This document shows, piece after piece, positions 1-12,129 of a stretch of 64,000 nucleotides of DNA. The notes under the pieces were generated by a model that was not told the origin of the DNA, ran no database searches, and worked only from the letters and a program-made list of their open reading frames with translations. The DNA is from Eledone cirrhosa (Eukaryota). The stretch's first letter is position 1, and each line of letters begins with the position of its first letter. Location of the stretch: the NCBI GenBank assembly GCA_964016885.1, contig OZ024756.1, forward strand, positions 34,782,001 through 34,846,000. The letters are read 5' to 3'. A program made the position numbers and the translations under genes.

Positions 1-803
1 AATGGTCTTACATAAAAATTACGACGGAGAGTTTATAAAATAAACAGCTTTATATTATAAAACCAAGGATGGTTTCAGGCAATTTGTATAAACAGGGTTA
101 ATGAATGACCCGGGGCGGTTATAGGCTGTTTAATATATGAAGAGTGCTAAATTATTTCCCATTAAAGGGATTATATCTTAGAGCTAGGGACAGTATCAGG
201 CAGTTCAGTTAGAAAAGGGTTAACGTGTAGCTTTGTTAAAGGCAAGAAGTATTTGAACTTAGGTTTTTCATTTTTATGGATCTTTATTTAGGATTTAGTC
301 TCTTTTTTACAGATTGGTAGGAATGAAACCATCACCACTGCAACCACCACCACCATCATCATCATAATCATGTTGGTATTGGTTGTTTTGCACTTGCCTG
401 TTTGACTGGTCTTGCTTCTCTCTCTCTCTCTCTCTCCCTCACTATCTCTTGTCAGCCTTAGGTCACACACACGCATGCACACACACATACAAGTGGTGTC
501 CTTTAATCTAACCTATATTATCTACTATAGTCACCAAACCACAACGTATATCTACCCACTAAAGTTTCTTTAATCACAATACCTCCAAATACAGCCACAA
601 TTACATCAACACCACCTACATATATACCACCACCCCCAACAACAACAACTCCATCACAAACAACTATACCAACAACAACAATAGCAGCTGCAACAACAAC
701 AACAGCAACCCAATAGTTTTCTAATTTTTTTAAATGTATTTAATATCATTCATTGTTGTTTGGGTTTTTTTGTCCGGCTTGTTCAGTGAATGAACAAGCT
801 GTA

Positions 804-849
<46 letters not shown>

Positions 850-860
850 TACAGCTTGTT

Positions 861-904
<44 letters not shown>

Positions 905-1096
905 TACAGCTTGTTCATTCATATATATACACACACACAGACACAGAGAGACAGACATGTCTGGTTCTCAACTAGTAGCTTGTTTAATGTCAATCAGAAG
1001 TGGGCAACGCACCTATATATATATATATATAAATATATAAATATATATATATATAAATATATATATATAAATATATAAATATATATATATATATAT

Positions 1097-1442
1097 ATCA
1101 TCATCATCATCATCATTTCATTTTACGTCCGCTTTTTCCTTGCTTGCAAGGGTGGGACGGGAACTGATTCTGGCTTGATTTCTACAGCTGGATGCCCTTC
1201 CTAACACCAACCTCATTACAGTGAGTGCTGGGTGCTTCTTTGCCGTGGCACCTCCACGACCACTTTGCAGTGGAATGATAGGGACCCCAGTCACCTAACA
1301 TCTCATTTCTACAGCTGAGTAAACTGGAGCAATGTGAAATAAAGTGTCTTGCTCAAGGACACAACACATCACCCGGTTTGAGAATTGAACTCACAACCTT
1401 TCGATTGCAAGGCCAATGCTCTAACCACTAAGCCATGTGCCT

Positions 1443-1444
<2 letters not shown>
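1097..1444 (-). mobile_element. Full-length tRNA-derived CORE-type SINE with RTE-LINE-derived 3' tail (family A)
   Basis: Minus strand reads GGAGGCACATGGCTTAGTGGTTAGAGC (A box)...GAGTTCAATTC (B box). A MIR/CORE-like block follows (CCTTGAGCAAGACACTT...CAGTTTACTCAGCTGTAGAAATG), then a tail shared with the LINE 3' UTR at 21.55-21.69 kb, ending in (GAT)n. Both flanks are (TA)n. Near-identical to 32249-32595. Confidence 0.9.
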
Positions 1445-1501
<57 letters not shown>

Positions 1502-2129
1502 GTGTGTGTGTGTGTGTGTATGTGTGTGTATATATATATGTGTGTGTATATATATATATATATATAATGTGTGTGTGTGTGAAAATATACACATACACTC
1601 GTAAAATAAAACATCATGTGACAACCAGTTTGCGCTAACTTTGACTGGGGAAATGATTTGGTATCCACCTACCTATCTCTCACACATATTTGACAAGATG
1701 TCCAGTGGCCATGCAATGGCTATCTATAGCTACCTACCTATATACCTATCTATCTTTAGACAATGCAACTCCTCCATGTCTGTCCGTCAGATCGTCCGCC
1801 TGTCAATCGATAGTTATCTATGTGTATCTACCAATATGTATCTATTTTTGGACAAGTTCAACAAAGCCCAAATTCCAATAGCAGTCCAAAAATAGGTGGG
1901 ACAAAGCCATCGTTGTTCAGTGAATATTTGTTTGATGATGATTAAAGAAAGTGCGGAAGAAAATTATTATATATATGAATGTGAAAGAGACCAAAGGTCA
2001 AGGAATATAGATCAGATAGAATGTTGTAATCAAGGAATTATTAAAATAAATACTTTTTACTACAAACCCTATCATTTTTGACGGGCACTACGCTAATAGT
2101 AATGATAATTATTATTTCTTTTTATTTGC

Positions 2130-2166
<37 letters not shown>

Positions 2167-2216
2167 TTTTTATAAAGCATGAAACTAAGACGTTTTGTAC
2201 CTCTGTTTGTTATCTC

Positions 2217-2294
<78 letters not shown>

Positions 2295-2757
2295 AGACTA
2301 AAACAGTTTAATAATTGAAATTAATAAAAGATTCAATAAACAGAACGAAATCTATACTTAATATAAAAAAAGGGAAATGTTGGTTGGTTCCTTCATGCAT
2401 CACATAAAAACGAAAACTGATAATCGGAAAGCAAGTACAGCAATGGAATAAGGGTATACCCAGGAATGGTTATTGATACTGATTTTATAAAATCAAAGGT
2501 GTGCTAACCAACCTGACTGCTATTTCTAGCAGGTTGGGAATCTGCGCGTTTGTTGTTAGTGGTGCTCATTTTTCGCGGTCAGCGTCTCCGATCCGAACGC
2601 TGGTTTACGCACACGCGCACACACACACGCACACACACACACGATAATTATAATTATTAGAAGTCAACCATATAAGATCGTCTGCTATTTTGCATTTATT
2701 TGTATTTTTATATTCCTTTGTAATGATTTTTGTTCACGATATTTTCCAAATTTCTCC

Positions 2758-3065
2758 ATGCCATCAAAACACCGCTCATCTATCGGGAGGGCGACTAGGT
2801 CCGCCAAACGAATGAAATCTTTAAGTGAAAGAGAAAATCAAGAACATTATGCAAAAAGACTTGAGAGTAAAAGATCAAGTCAACAAGAACGACGATCTCA
2901 ACACTCTGACATTCAGCAGAATATGAGACGGAAAACAGAAAGATTAAGGCAACACGAAAGACGATCGCAACTTTCTAAAAGTGAACAGAACCTGAGACGA
3001 GAAACAGAAAGATTAAGGAAACAAAACAGACGATCACAACAAACGGAGGTTCAATATGAAAATCT
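2758..3065 (+). pseudogene. Helitron Rep-Hel N-terminal charged/basic repeat region (truncated)
   Basis: MPSKHRSSIGRATRSAKRMK...RRETERLRKQNRRSQQ: an R/E/Q-rich repeat of the kind found at Helitron ORF N-termini. It lies just inside the Helitron 5' end and runs into a microsatellite. Confidence 0.6.
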
Positions 3066-3083
3066 CTTTCATATTATAATAAT

Positions 3084-3148
<65 letters not shown>

Positions 3149-3495
3149 AAATCAACCGTGAAACACGAGCATCACTGACAACGAACGCGCAGAGAGAATC
3201 CCCTTATGGTGGATTCCCAATCTGTTAGAAATTTCTTCTTTGATTTTATATGATTGGTATCAATAAACCTTCCTTATTCCATTGCTGTACTTACTTTTCG
3301 ATCGTCAGTTTTCGTTTTTGTCTGATGCGCGAAGAAACCAACCAACCAACAAACTTCTCTTTTATATTATGTGTATATATATATATATATATATTATAGT
3401 ATGAAAGATAGTCGTTTGTTGGTTGGTGTCTTTGTGCATCATACAAAAAGGAAAACTTACAGACCATACTAACGAAGCTAAACACTTCAGAAGCA

Positions 3496-3825
3496 ATGTT
3501 GTGGCAGTATAATGCTGTGTTTCAGATGACGTCCTTTAAAGCTGAAAAAGATCATACCGACTATGGTTATTTCATAACATTTAAAATCCAAGCCCAATGC
3601 TTCCATTTAATCAGTAGTTTACTACCCCAGCCTAATGAGAATCCAAAATTTATTCAAGTTTACTTTTTTGGCAACAACGAAGAAGCTACTCAGCAATGCA
3701 GAAATATTTCCGGTGGTCTTCAGCTACAAGTTATTAGCAGTCTGCAAAATTTGCTTCATGAAAACCATCATTACATAAGAGTATTCAAATTTGCCTTAGA
3801 AAAACCATGCAAACCCCGTGTATAA
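3496..3825 (+). pseudogene. Helitron Rep-Hel fragment (region upstream of the Rep domain)
   Basis: YNAVFQMTSF...FKIQAQCFHLISSLLP...PKFIQVYF...LQNLLHENHHYIRVFK matches the conserved Helitron pattern YN.AFQMTSF...FKIQGQVYH.IGSLLP...PKF.Q.YF. Confidence 0.8.
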
Positions 3826-5204
3826 AATTATTATTAGACACCCAGCGGTAGTGAACCTTGCAGTCCACTTGGAAGAAAATACAGAATTGATGGCTGAGTT
3901 TCCTCCAAAAACAACTCTCACTGCTTTTTTAAAAGCTTTGTAGAGAAGATGCCTTTGTTTAAACATTTCTTTATCATGAGATTCCCATATTCTACACATG
4001 GAATAAAAAGAAATGGAGCAGATGAAAGATAGGCAATCATGTGGATGATTATCAAGACATCAAAGCAAGTGGTGCAATAGGAAGGGTTTACATGGTCCAT
4101 CCTAGACATGGAATGTTTCCATTTGAGGTTACTCCTTGCTCTGACCATAAATAAAGCTGAGTCAGAGTTTCAAAGTTGTAGGATTGAATCTGAAAGAATC
4201 GGTTTTAACCCATGTGCTGTTATATGTAGGGTGTCCGCGGGTGGGAATACCTAGAAATTTTCATATACTATGCACAAACGGTAAAACGAAGATCTGGTGT
4301 ATGTAGAAGTTTTATGATTGTTTTTTTATTTTATATACACCACTGTCTCACCTCATACTGTAAACTAGACAACACATCCAATAAAGTCGTCTTTTCTTAA
4401 CTGTCCATCTGGGAAAACCCGGATACCTCAGCTAGTCATTAAATAAACTAGAGCAATTTAACCGACTTATTTCCATGTGCCTTGTTCTTAAATATTTAAC
4501 AATAAAAGGTTGCCTAACTGTAAATAAGTAATTCGAAGTTATCCCCCTTATTCCATAGATTTCTACTGTAAATCTCTCCGTGTCTCTCTTTCTCCACACA
4601 CTCGTATATTTATTGTTTTAAAGTGTTGTCTTTATTTTAGTGCCTTCATCTGACTTTATTCCCATATTTTGCAGAAATACATTTTCGAAGGTGTAGATTA
4701 CTGTTATGTCGATCGTTGTCATTTTATTTAGTAACTATTTTGTCGTTATTTTTCACACTCGGAAATTACCGGGCGTTGTCTGTGATTCTAGAAGGAAAGA
4801 TTACCTAGGTTTTGTTTACGGCCGAAATATTTTTTAAAGCATGATTTCTATTAAAATTTTTTCTGAACATTGTGATATGGCTATTATTGTTGTTTAGTCT
4901 CTGGCTAGCCTTGGTCAAAGCAAACCTATGTTCAAAAAGCATTCCAGCTATGATTATCCATCTTCTTTTCTTTCAGACTCTGTGTCCCATTAACCTATAT
5001 GGGTAATGTCGTATTTTACGTTTGTAAAAAGAAATAGCAGTACCTATCTCATTCCCCGACTGCTAGTTACTGTTAAATTAAATTGAACGAAAGAAATTTT
5101 AATATGGAAGGAGTTAGTTACTGATTTAAGTCGATTTTTCAAGCTAGTAAGTATGGGCTGGATAAAGTCTGGTGCTTTTCCTGATTTCAATTGATGTAGA
5201 TACC

Positions 5205-5310
5205 CGCTTTCAGCTGAGTGAACTCGAGCTATAGAAAATGAAATGCTTTACTTAAGGACAACACACCACTTTCTGATTGTAAGCTCAACATACTAACCAC
5301 TGCCTTCACA
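5205..5310 (-). mobile_element. Degenerate family A SINE head/core
   Basis: Reverse complement of the tRNA-like head and CORE block (CAGCTGAGTGAAC...AATGAAATGCTTTACTTAAGGACA). Confidence 0.55.
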
Positions 5311-5466
5311 TTCAATTTGAAATTAAAATAAAATAGGAAGACTTAGATTTCACTTTCAAATGGCGTATTACAGGTGTCAAATAGCTGTTGAAACTTGCAC
5401 TTTGCTCACATCCACAAATCTTTAACAGCCTGTACTCATCATCATACGTCCATTTTACCTGTTAGC

Positions 5467-5498
<32 letters not shown>

Positions 5499-5730
5499 AG
5501 TAGAATGACTGATTATTATATCTAAATTTTCGTTGGCTAAATATATATACCCACCTCTGATTAACATATAGTATTTCCCTTAGAAATGTTTCCCCCACCC
5601 AGCTCATCGTGTTATAAAGACCACCCATACAACATTTGCTATATATACTGCGTAATCTAATATCTAATATTGTATTCATGTAATCAGTGGGTAACGGTAA
5701 TCTCAGTAATATAATTATAATAATTACTCA

Positions 5731-5770
<40 letters not shown>

Positions 5771-5814
5771 GAAATACTGTGTGCTTCTTGGTCATAATAA
5801 TTTCTATACTTTTC

Positions 5815-5888
<74 letters not shown>

Positions 5889-5892
5889 GTTA

Positions 5893-6020
5893 CAGGTGTG
5901 CCTGTGAAGTAAAAACATTTTGTTAGCTTTTGTTTTCAGTCCGACTGTATAGTACTTTGGGAAAGTCTTAGATTATCCAAAGTCTTTGGGGGTGAATTTG
6001 GGAAACAGAGACCTGTTGTG
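5893..6020 (+). mobile_element. Degenerate SINE (family C)
   Basis: CAGGTGTGCCTGTG...TTCAGTCCGACTG...TTTGGGAAAG...AAAGTCTTTGGGGGTGAATTTGG. Related to minus-strand copies at about 50.1-50.4 kb and 52.3-52.45 kb. Confidence 0.45.
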
Positions 6021-6040
6021 TGTGTATGTGTATATATGTA

Positions 6041-6088
<48 letters not shown>

Positions 6089-6097
6089 TGTATAAAG

Positions 6098-6210
6098 GGA
6101 AGGCACATGGCTGAGTGATTAGAGAATTGGATTCGCAATTGCGAGGTTGTGAGTTGGATTCCCAAACCAGGTGATGTGTTATGTCCTTGAGCGAGACACT
6201 TTGTTTCAGA
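6098..6210 (+). mobile_element. Family A-related SINE head
   Basis: GGAAGGCACATGGCTGAGTGATTAGAG...GTTATGTCCTTGAGCGAGACACTT. Confidence 0.7.
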
Positions 6211-6839
6211 CAGTATTAGCAATTGGAAAGACCAATGGAGGCATTGTTTCCTAGTTCCGATTTGTCAAGCCCCCCCCCCCCCCCCCCATTAAGTAAATGA
6301 AGTCTGGGATCTTATCGATCGACTGTTGATATATAATGTGTGTTTGTGTGTGTTATTTATATTTCTGTGATATAAGCTATTTTAGAAAGTATTTATAATT
6401 CTATTTCTATTATCGTATGTCTGTCTTTTCTTAGCTCTTTCTTATTTAAGCTTGAATATATATGTATGTATATGCATGAGAATGTATGTATGTATGTCTA
6501 TATGAAGAATCTCAGCATTCTACCATATTACCGTTATCATACTCCATCTATGTATCACTCAACAAAACACACACATCTATATATGTGTATGTTTGATTCT
6601 TTGTTGATGTCATCCCGTTATCTCATTGATAGATGGAATAATAAACGGCGCAAATATTACTCATACTCATACATACATACATATTTACTTACATATATAA
6701 AAACTCTGCAGATCAATCACAATTCCCTCATGTTTTTAGCTACTGCTATATTACACACAAACACATTACATATATATATATAGTGAATGGGGCTACTGTC
6801 ATATTATGTCATCCTGATCATTTTTATGTCTGCTAGTTT

Positions 6840-7030
6840 GTCACGTTCTAAGGCTAGACCAGTCAGGTGACCATGTCTTACTCATTTGTTCCATATTTGG
6901 TCTGCTTTTTATGGTTGGATGCCCTTCCTAATTACAACCATATTACAGGGTGGCCTGGGTACATTTTATCATGGCACCAGTTTACAGGGTGTATTGGGTG
7001 TTTTTTATTGTGGCACCAGTACTAGACAGG
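6840..7030 (-). mobile_element. RTE LINE/SINE 3' tail fragment
   Basis: GGATGCCCTTCCTAAT is the reverse complement of the TTAGGAAGGGCATCC tail motif; it sits beside duplicated GTGCCA...ACCCA tail units. Confidence 0.6.
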
Positions 7031-7304
7031 TTGTCATCCAGACTGAAGAGTCCTCTTAGACCCTGTATATCTCTGTTCAGTCACCAAACTGCAGCCTCTG
7101 GTCTCTCACCACACATTGACTTTTAGTGTTGCATTGCTTTTACTGGTGGATGAGTCTTTTGTATCATGTCATATCACCAGCTTGGGTGTTGGCGGAAGAC
7201 CAGCAGTCGCCTGTACATACCAATCTCCCCTCTCCATGCCACCGACATTGTCCAAGGGAAAGGCAAAGGTCTATGCAGCAGCTTGGCATCAGTGACGTCG
7301 CAGC

Positions 7305-7441
7305 TAATTTTTCTACAGCTGAGTGAATGAAGCAACATGAAATAAAGTGTCTTACCCAAGAACGCAACACATTACCCAGTTCGAAAATCAGTCACAACCT
7401 CCCAATTGCAAGCCCAATGCTCTAATAATCACTAAGCCATA
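7305..7441 (-). mobile_element. Family A SINE head/core
   Basis: TTTCTACAGCTGAGTGAA...GAAATAAAGTGTCTT...CCAATGCTCTAA...CACTAAGCCAT. Confidence 0.75.
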
Positions 7442-8452
7442 TAGACACATACACACAACTGAAGATTCCTCAGTTGTGTCAAAGATGCTACAACCTCCCT
7501 AGTGATGGTGCCACAGTAAAATCTACCCACCTCAATCTGTGAAGTGTTTGACATTAAGGATTAAGGACCTCCAACTAAAGAGACTGTGTCAAAACTGAAA
7601 CATAGTTGAGATGTGGTTTCTGGCCTGTCTAGTAGTACAGTAGCTTTGATTTTATACCGATTTGGTCTGTAAAAACTTGTACAACCCATTCCCAGCTTGA
7701 AAGAGCGGATGTGTGATGGTGATCGGTGAGATATGGCAGGGAACTCCAAGATCTTTGGCAGAATTTTGCAGTAAAATTTTTTTGAGAAAAATAACAAAAC
7801 AAAAGTAGTGGTAGAAGTAGTAGTAATATTATTATTGTTAGAATGTTTAACCCAATTTAAACAGCCCAAAACTGCCAACTACCAGTTGTTACCTAGCAAC
7901 AGACTATAGCAAGCAGCTTCTTCATCTTGCAAGATATGGAAATATTTAAATTTTTATTGCATCGATTTAGATATGTTTATATTTAGAATAAATTGGGTTT
8001 ATTTTATTTTATTTTTTCAGATATTTATTTATTTCATTTATTTCTTGCTTTTTCTCATATATCTCCCCCACCCCACACACAATCACCCAGTACTTCTGCC
8101 TATCATTCTTTTCAAATCTTGCCATTTCACACAAAATGTTCTTTTGACAAAAAATAAATAAATAAATAAAAAATGCTGGAAATAAATAAATAAATAAAAC
8201 TTTCCAGTTTCTTTCTTTCCATCAAATTCCCTGATGGCTTCAATTTCTACTTTATTTTCATTTCCATTTTGTTTAATTTTATTTTATCCTTTTCAACAAT
8301 TTATTAAATAGATTTGGTATAGATGTATGTGTGTGCGTGTGTGTGTGTATATACACACGCACACATATATATTCCTACATATATATGAGGGGCATTCAAA
8401 AAGTTTGTGGAAAATGTCTTTTGTAGGAACACTATATAAATATTTTGCTGCA

Positions 8453-8574
8453 TGTTCTATCCTGTATGATCCAAAAGTAAACTTAAACATGTATATACGT
8501 GTTCTATCCTGTATGATCCAAAAGTAAACTTAAACATGTATATACGTGTTCTATCCTGTATGATCCAAAAGTAA
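8453..8574. repeat. 47-bp tandem repeat (about 2.6 copies) in the mariner 5' UTR
   Basis: TGTTCTATCCTGTATGATCCAAAAGTAAACTTAAACATGTATATACG begins at 8453, 8500 and 8547 (third copy partial). Confidence 0.95.
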
Positions 8575-8631
8575 TTTTGAATAATAAATTGGAATGTATG
8601 CCATTTTAAAAACCAGCACCCTTAAAGCAAC

Positions 8632-9678
8632 ATGTGTTCTGTCAAAACTGAAGCGCGAACCAACATCAAATTTATGGTAAAACTTGGTTGGAAGAAAAAG
8701 GACATTATTAAAGCTTTGAGAAATGTTTATGGAGATACTTCCCTTAAAAAGTCAACAATTTACAAATGGATAACTCGTTTCAAAGAAGGACGAGATGAAG
8801 TTGAAGATAATGAACGTACAGGCAGACCATCAACATCAGTTTGTGAAGAAAAGATTGATGCTGTTCGAGATTTAATTGATGGAAACCAACAATTAACAAC
8901 AGAAAAAATAGCTCACATCTTAGACATTTCAATTGGTTCAGTTTGCACAATTTTAAGTGATAAATTAAAGCTGAGTAAACTTTCTGCATGCTGGGTGCCA
9001 AGACTGTTGCACCTGGATCAACAACAAACAAGAGCAGAGCTTTCTTTAGAAATTGTAAACAAATGGGATGAAAATCCAGAAGGTTTTCTGAGACAAAATG
9101 TGACTAGAGATGAAACATGGCTTTACCAGGACAATCCTGAAGACAAAGCTCAGTCAAAGCAATCGCTGCCCAAAGGTGGAAAGGGTCTGGTCAAAGCAAG
9201 AGCGAACCATTCAGGAGAAAAGGTTATGGCAACAGTCTTTTGAGATGCTGAGGGAATTTTGTTAGTTGAATTCTTAGAGGGAGGAAAAACAGTAACATCT
9301 GTTTATTGTGAAAAGGTTTTGAGAAAATTAGCCAGAAATTTAGCAGAAAAGCACCCTGGAAAATTTGATCAGAGAGTTCTTTTCTACCATGACAATGCCC
9401 CTGCCCATTCCCCTCATCAAACAAGGTGAACCTTTCAATGGGAAATTTGTAGATATCCATCCTACAGTCCTGATTTAGCACCTAATTTTTTTCTTATTTC
9501 CTAAACTTAAAAAAAGTTTTAAAAGGTACCCAATTTGAGACCATTAATGATGGGAAAAAGGCTAGTTTGCCATAGTTAAAGTCTCATGACCCTCAGTTCT
9601 ACCAAGACGGTATAAATGACTGGTATTATCGCTTATAAAAGTGCCTTGATGTTGACGGTGCTTGTATGGAAAAATAAA
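8632..9678 (+). pseudogene. Mariner transposase pseudogene
   Basis: N-terminal HTH region, WVPRLL, VTRDETW (first catalytic D), then a W-to-TGA stop in VF*D at 9241-9243. HDNAPAH and HPSYSPDLAP motifs continue downstream, with further stops and frameshifts. Confidence 0.92.
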
Positions 9679-9784
9679 GCTTTTGCATGAACTAGTTTTC
9701 TTTTCATTCCATTTTTTCAAACTTTTTGAATGCCCCTTAGATCAAGGAAACAATGTTTCCATTGGTCTTCTAAATTGAGTAGAG

Positions 9785-9900
9785 GTATGTGTAGCTAGTG
9801 GCTTGAGTATTGGACTCACTATCTTATGGTAATGAGTTTGATTCTTGGATCAGGCAGCATTTTGTGTTATTGAGCAAGATGCTTAATTTCATGTTGCTTA
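9785..9900 (+). mobile_element. Degenerate family A-like SINE head
   Basis: GTAGCTAGTGG...GAGTATTGGACTC...GAGTTTGATTC...TTGAGCAAGATGCTTAATTTCATGTTGCT. Confidence 0.55.
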
Positions 9901-10273
9901 TCATTAAAACACCCGAGAAACATACAAGATGAAACCTCATAGGAGGCTAGTTAACCTGTGTGATAGGATTGGGGCCTTTTATCATGAAAACACTCGAGAA
10001 CCTCTTATGAGATGCAACCCTCATAAGAGGCTAGCTGTAACAACATACATTATGTGTATGATGGGGCTGAGGTCATTATTTAAAAAACCTATTGGGAGGC
10101 TAGCTAAACCTGCATTGATTATGAACTGTAAATTTCATTTCATTCAAGGAGCCTGCCCCCACCCTCACCCCACAGAGGGTTAAGAACTGCTGATCCTATG
10201 TTTTTTTCATGTCTTTTTGTTTTTGTTTTTTCTTGAACCTTCAATATCCTTTTCATTTTTTTGTTTTGTTTAG

Positions 10274-10418
10274 ACTGATGAAAATGGTCCAACAGGGCTG
10301 AACAGTAGCTCTCACCATGGAGGAGGAGGAGATGGACATGATGGTGGCCAGACATCTGCTGCTGATTTGACCACAACCACAACACCATCAATACATTGGT
10401 CAGCCTCATCACATGCTG
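10274..10418 (+). CDS. Candidate internal coding exon of an unidentified host gene (TDENGPTGLNSSSHHGGGGDGHDGGQTSAADLTTTTTPSIHWSASSHA)
   Basis: Non-repetitive, GC-richer island with a long T tract plus TTTGTTTAG acceptor and a G|GTAAAT donor. 145 nt long; only one plus frame is open (phase 0 to phase 1). No protein family recognised. Confidence 0.55.
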
Positions 10419-10625
10419 GTAAATATCGCAACTTCTATTTTATTTTATATATATATTGATGCAGTTCTCAAAAGAAAAATTACAGAGTCAAAAAAAAATT
10501 AATATTTTGAAAGGAAAAAAAAAAAAGAAATTTCTCCAAATTATTTTGTTTAATTTTTGGTTCTATTTTCTACCCCCATGTAAATATTTCGACCATTATT
10601 TTTATGTCTCTTCTCCCTATTGTAG

Positions 10626-10654
10626 CAGGTACCAACACCATTGTGCATCTTTAA
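10626..10654 (+). CDS. Candidate terminal coding exon ((A)GTNTIVHL*)
   Basis: Pyrimidine tract plus TAGCAG (NAGNAG) acceptor. Phase 1 is compatible with the upstream exon. TAA at 10652-10654, followed by U-rich 3'UTR-like sequence. Confidence 0.4.
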
Positions 10655-10976
10655 AATAATGGCCACAAGCTGTTATCTAGGAATCTGTGTTTTTGATTTA
10701 TTGTATTTATTTTTTTTGTCAGTAAAAATTATTTTTCTCTTTTCTGTTACAAATTGAAGATGTCTGGATATTTAAAATTTTCCCTTTTTTTTTTCTTTTT
10801 CTGTTTTACATGAACAAAATCCAAACACAAGACAAAACAAGGAAGCACAAAAACATATTAGAAAAGGCATCGACATCATACATTCCTTCTTCCCTTAATC
10901 TGCTTTCTGGTTCTGAAGTGTGTGTGTGTAATAATGTTATATATATTATATACATGTGATATATATATATTATAGG

Positions 10977-11019
<43 letters not shown>

Positions 11020-11196
11020 TATTCTAAAACCCAGTATTACCTCCCTCTAAACAAACATACTCACACTCACTAAAACACCAGCACACACTCTTATGTATGT
11101 TCCAAATGTGATTCTAAGTTTTTCAGTTGTGTCTTATTAAAATTTCTCATGTCTCTTTTGAATTTACTTCTTATTTCAGATACACATTGCTGAAGT

Positions 11197-11264
<68 letters not shown>

Positions 11265-11528
11265 ATATATATAATGCGTGTGTGTGCATATGTATAAATA
11301 TATATATATATATACCGATATATATTGGTGTTCATCTGTAATATTTCACTCCTTTTTTTTTGCAGATGGGTTGCTGTATTGTATAAAAAATTAATAAATG
11401 AAATTTTGAATGAATAATATATATAATATATATTATGTAATATTACATTTTATATTATTTATTATGAAATATATATATATATTTGTGTCATGTAATATTT
11501 GTAAATGCTATATAAATATGTGTGTGTG

Positions 11529-11571
<43 letters not shown>

Positions 11572-12129
11572 TGTCAATTTTGTATTTGAAATATTTTTAC
11601 TTATTTTGGCATATTTAATATTTCAGCATTATTTCAGGAAAAAGAACTATACTTTTTTTTGTACAGTTTTAATATTTAAAAAATAATAATCAATAAACAA
11701 ATCCAAATATATATATACACACATATATATATATATATGTTTATGTATGTATTTTATTTCAACAAAAATCTTATAGGAAGCCACTTTACATCTTAATTCC
11801 TCCTCTGTTGAAATTTTTTCCCCTTTCTTTCTCTATCTATCTCCTCTCTCTATAAACTGTTTCTCTTTCTACCCCCCCCCCCCCCTCTCTGACTATCTTT
11901 TTTAAATTCAAATATTTAGCTTGTTGCTCACTTTCTTTTTTACCTGCTAGTCTTTTGTTTATTTATTTGTACGTGCAATTTATTTATTTATTGAATTCTT
12001 CTTTGAGAAAATATTTACTTGGGAAACCATTATTTTTTCAACTGTAAATGATATATTTTCCTTGGACTAAAATATCACAGATTTACTATATAGTAATTAT
12101 TATTATCATGATTATTTCTAAATATAAAG

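Larger units (their letters stand above)
2351..4435 (+). mobile_element. Decayed, rearranged Helitron
   Basis: Starts A|TCTATAC and ends with a GC hairpin (CTGGGAAAACCCGGA) followed by CTAG|T, the canonical Helitron termini with an A/T insertion site. Contains Rep-Hel fragments. Confidence 0.75.
8386..9739 (+). mobile_element. Full-length mariner (Tc1/mariner superfamily) DNA transposon, inactivated
   Basis: About 30-bp TIRs: TGAGGGGCATTCAAAAAGTTTGTGGAAAATG at the left and CATTTTTTCAAACTTTTTGAATGCCCCTTA at the right. Left flank is TA. About 1.35 kb long with an internal transposase. Confidence 0.92.

Noticed and set aside
7864-7935. Possible upstream exon of the 10.3 kb gene
   Set aside because: No canonical GT donor in a compatible phase, and the peptide is not recognisable.
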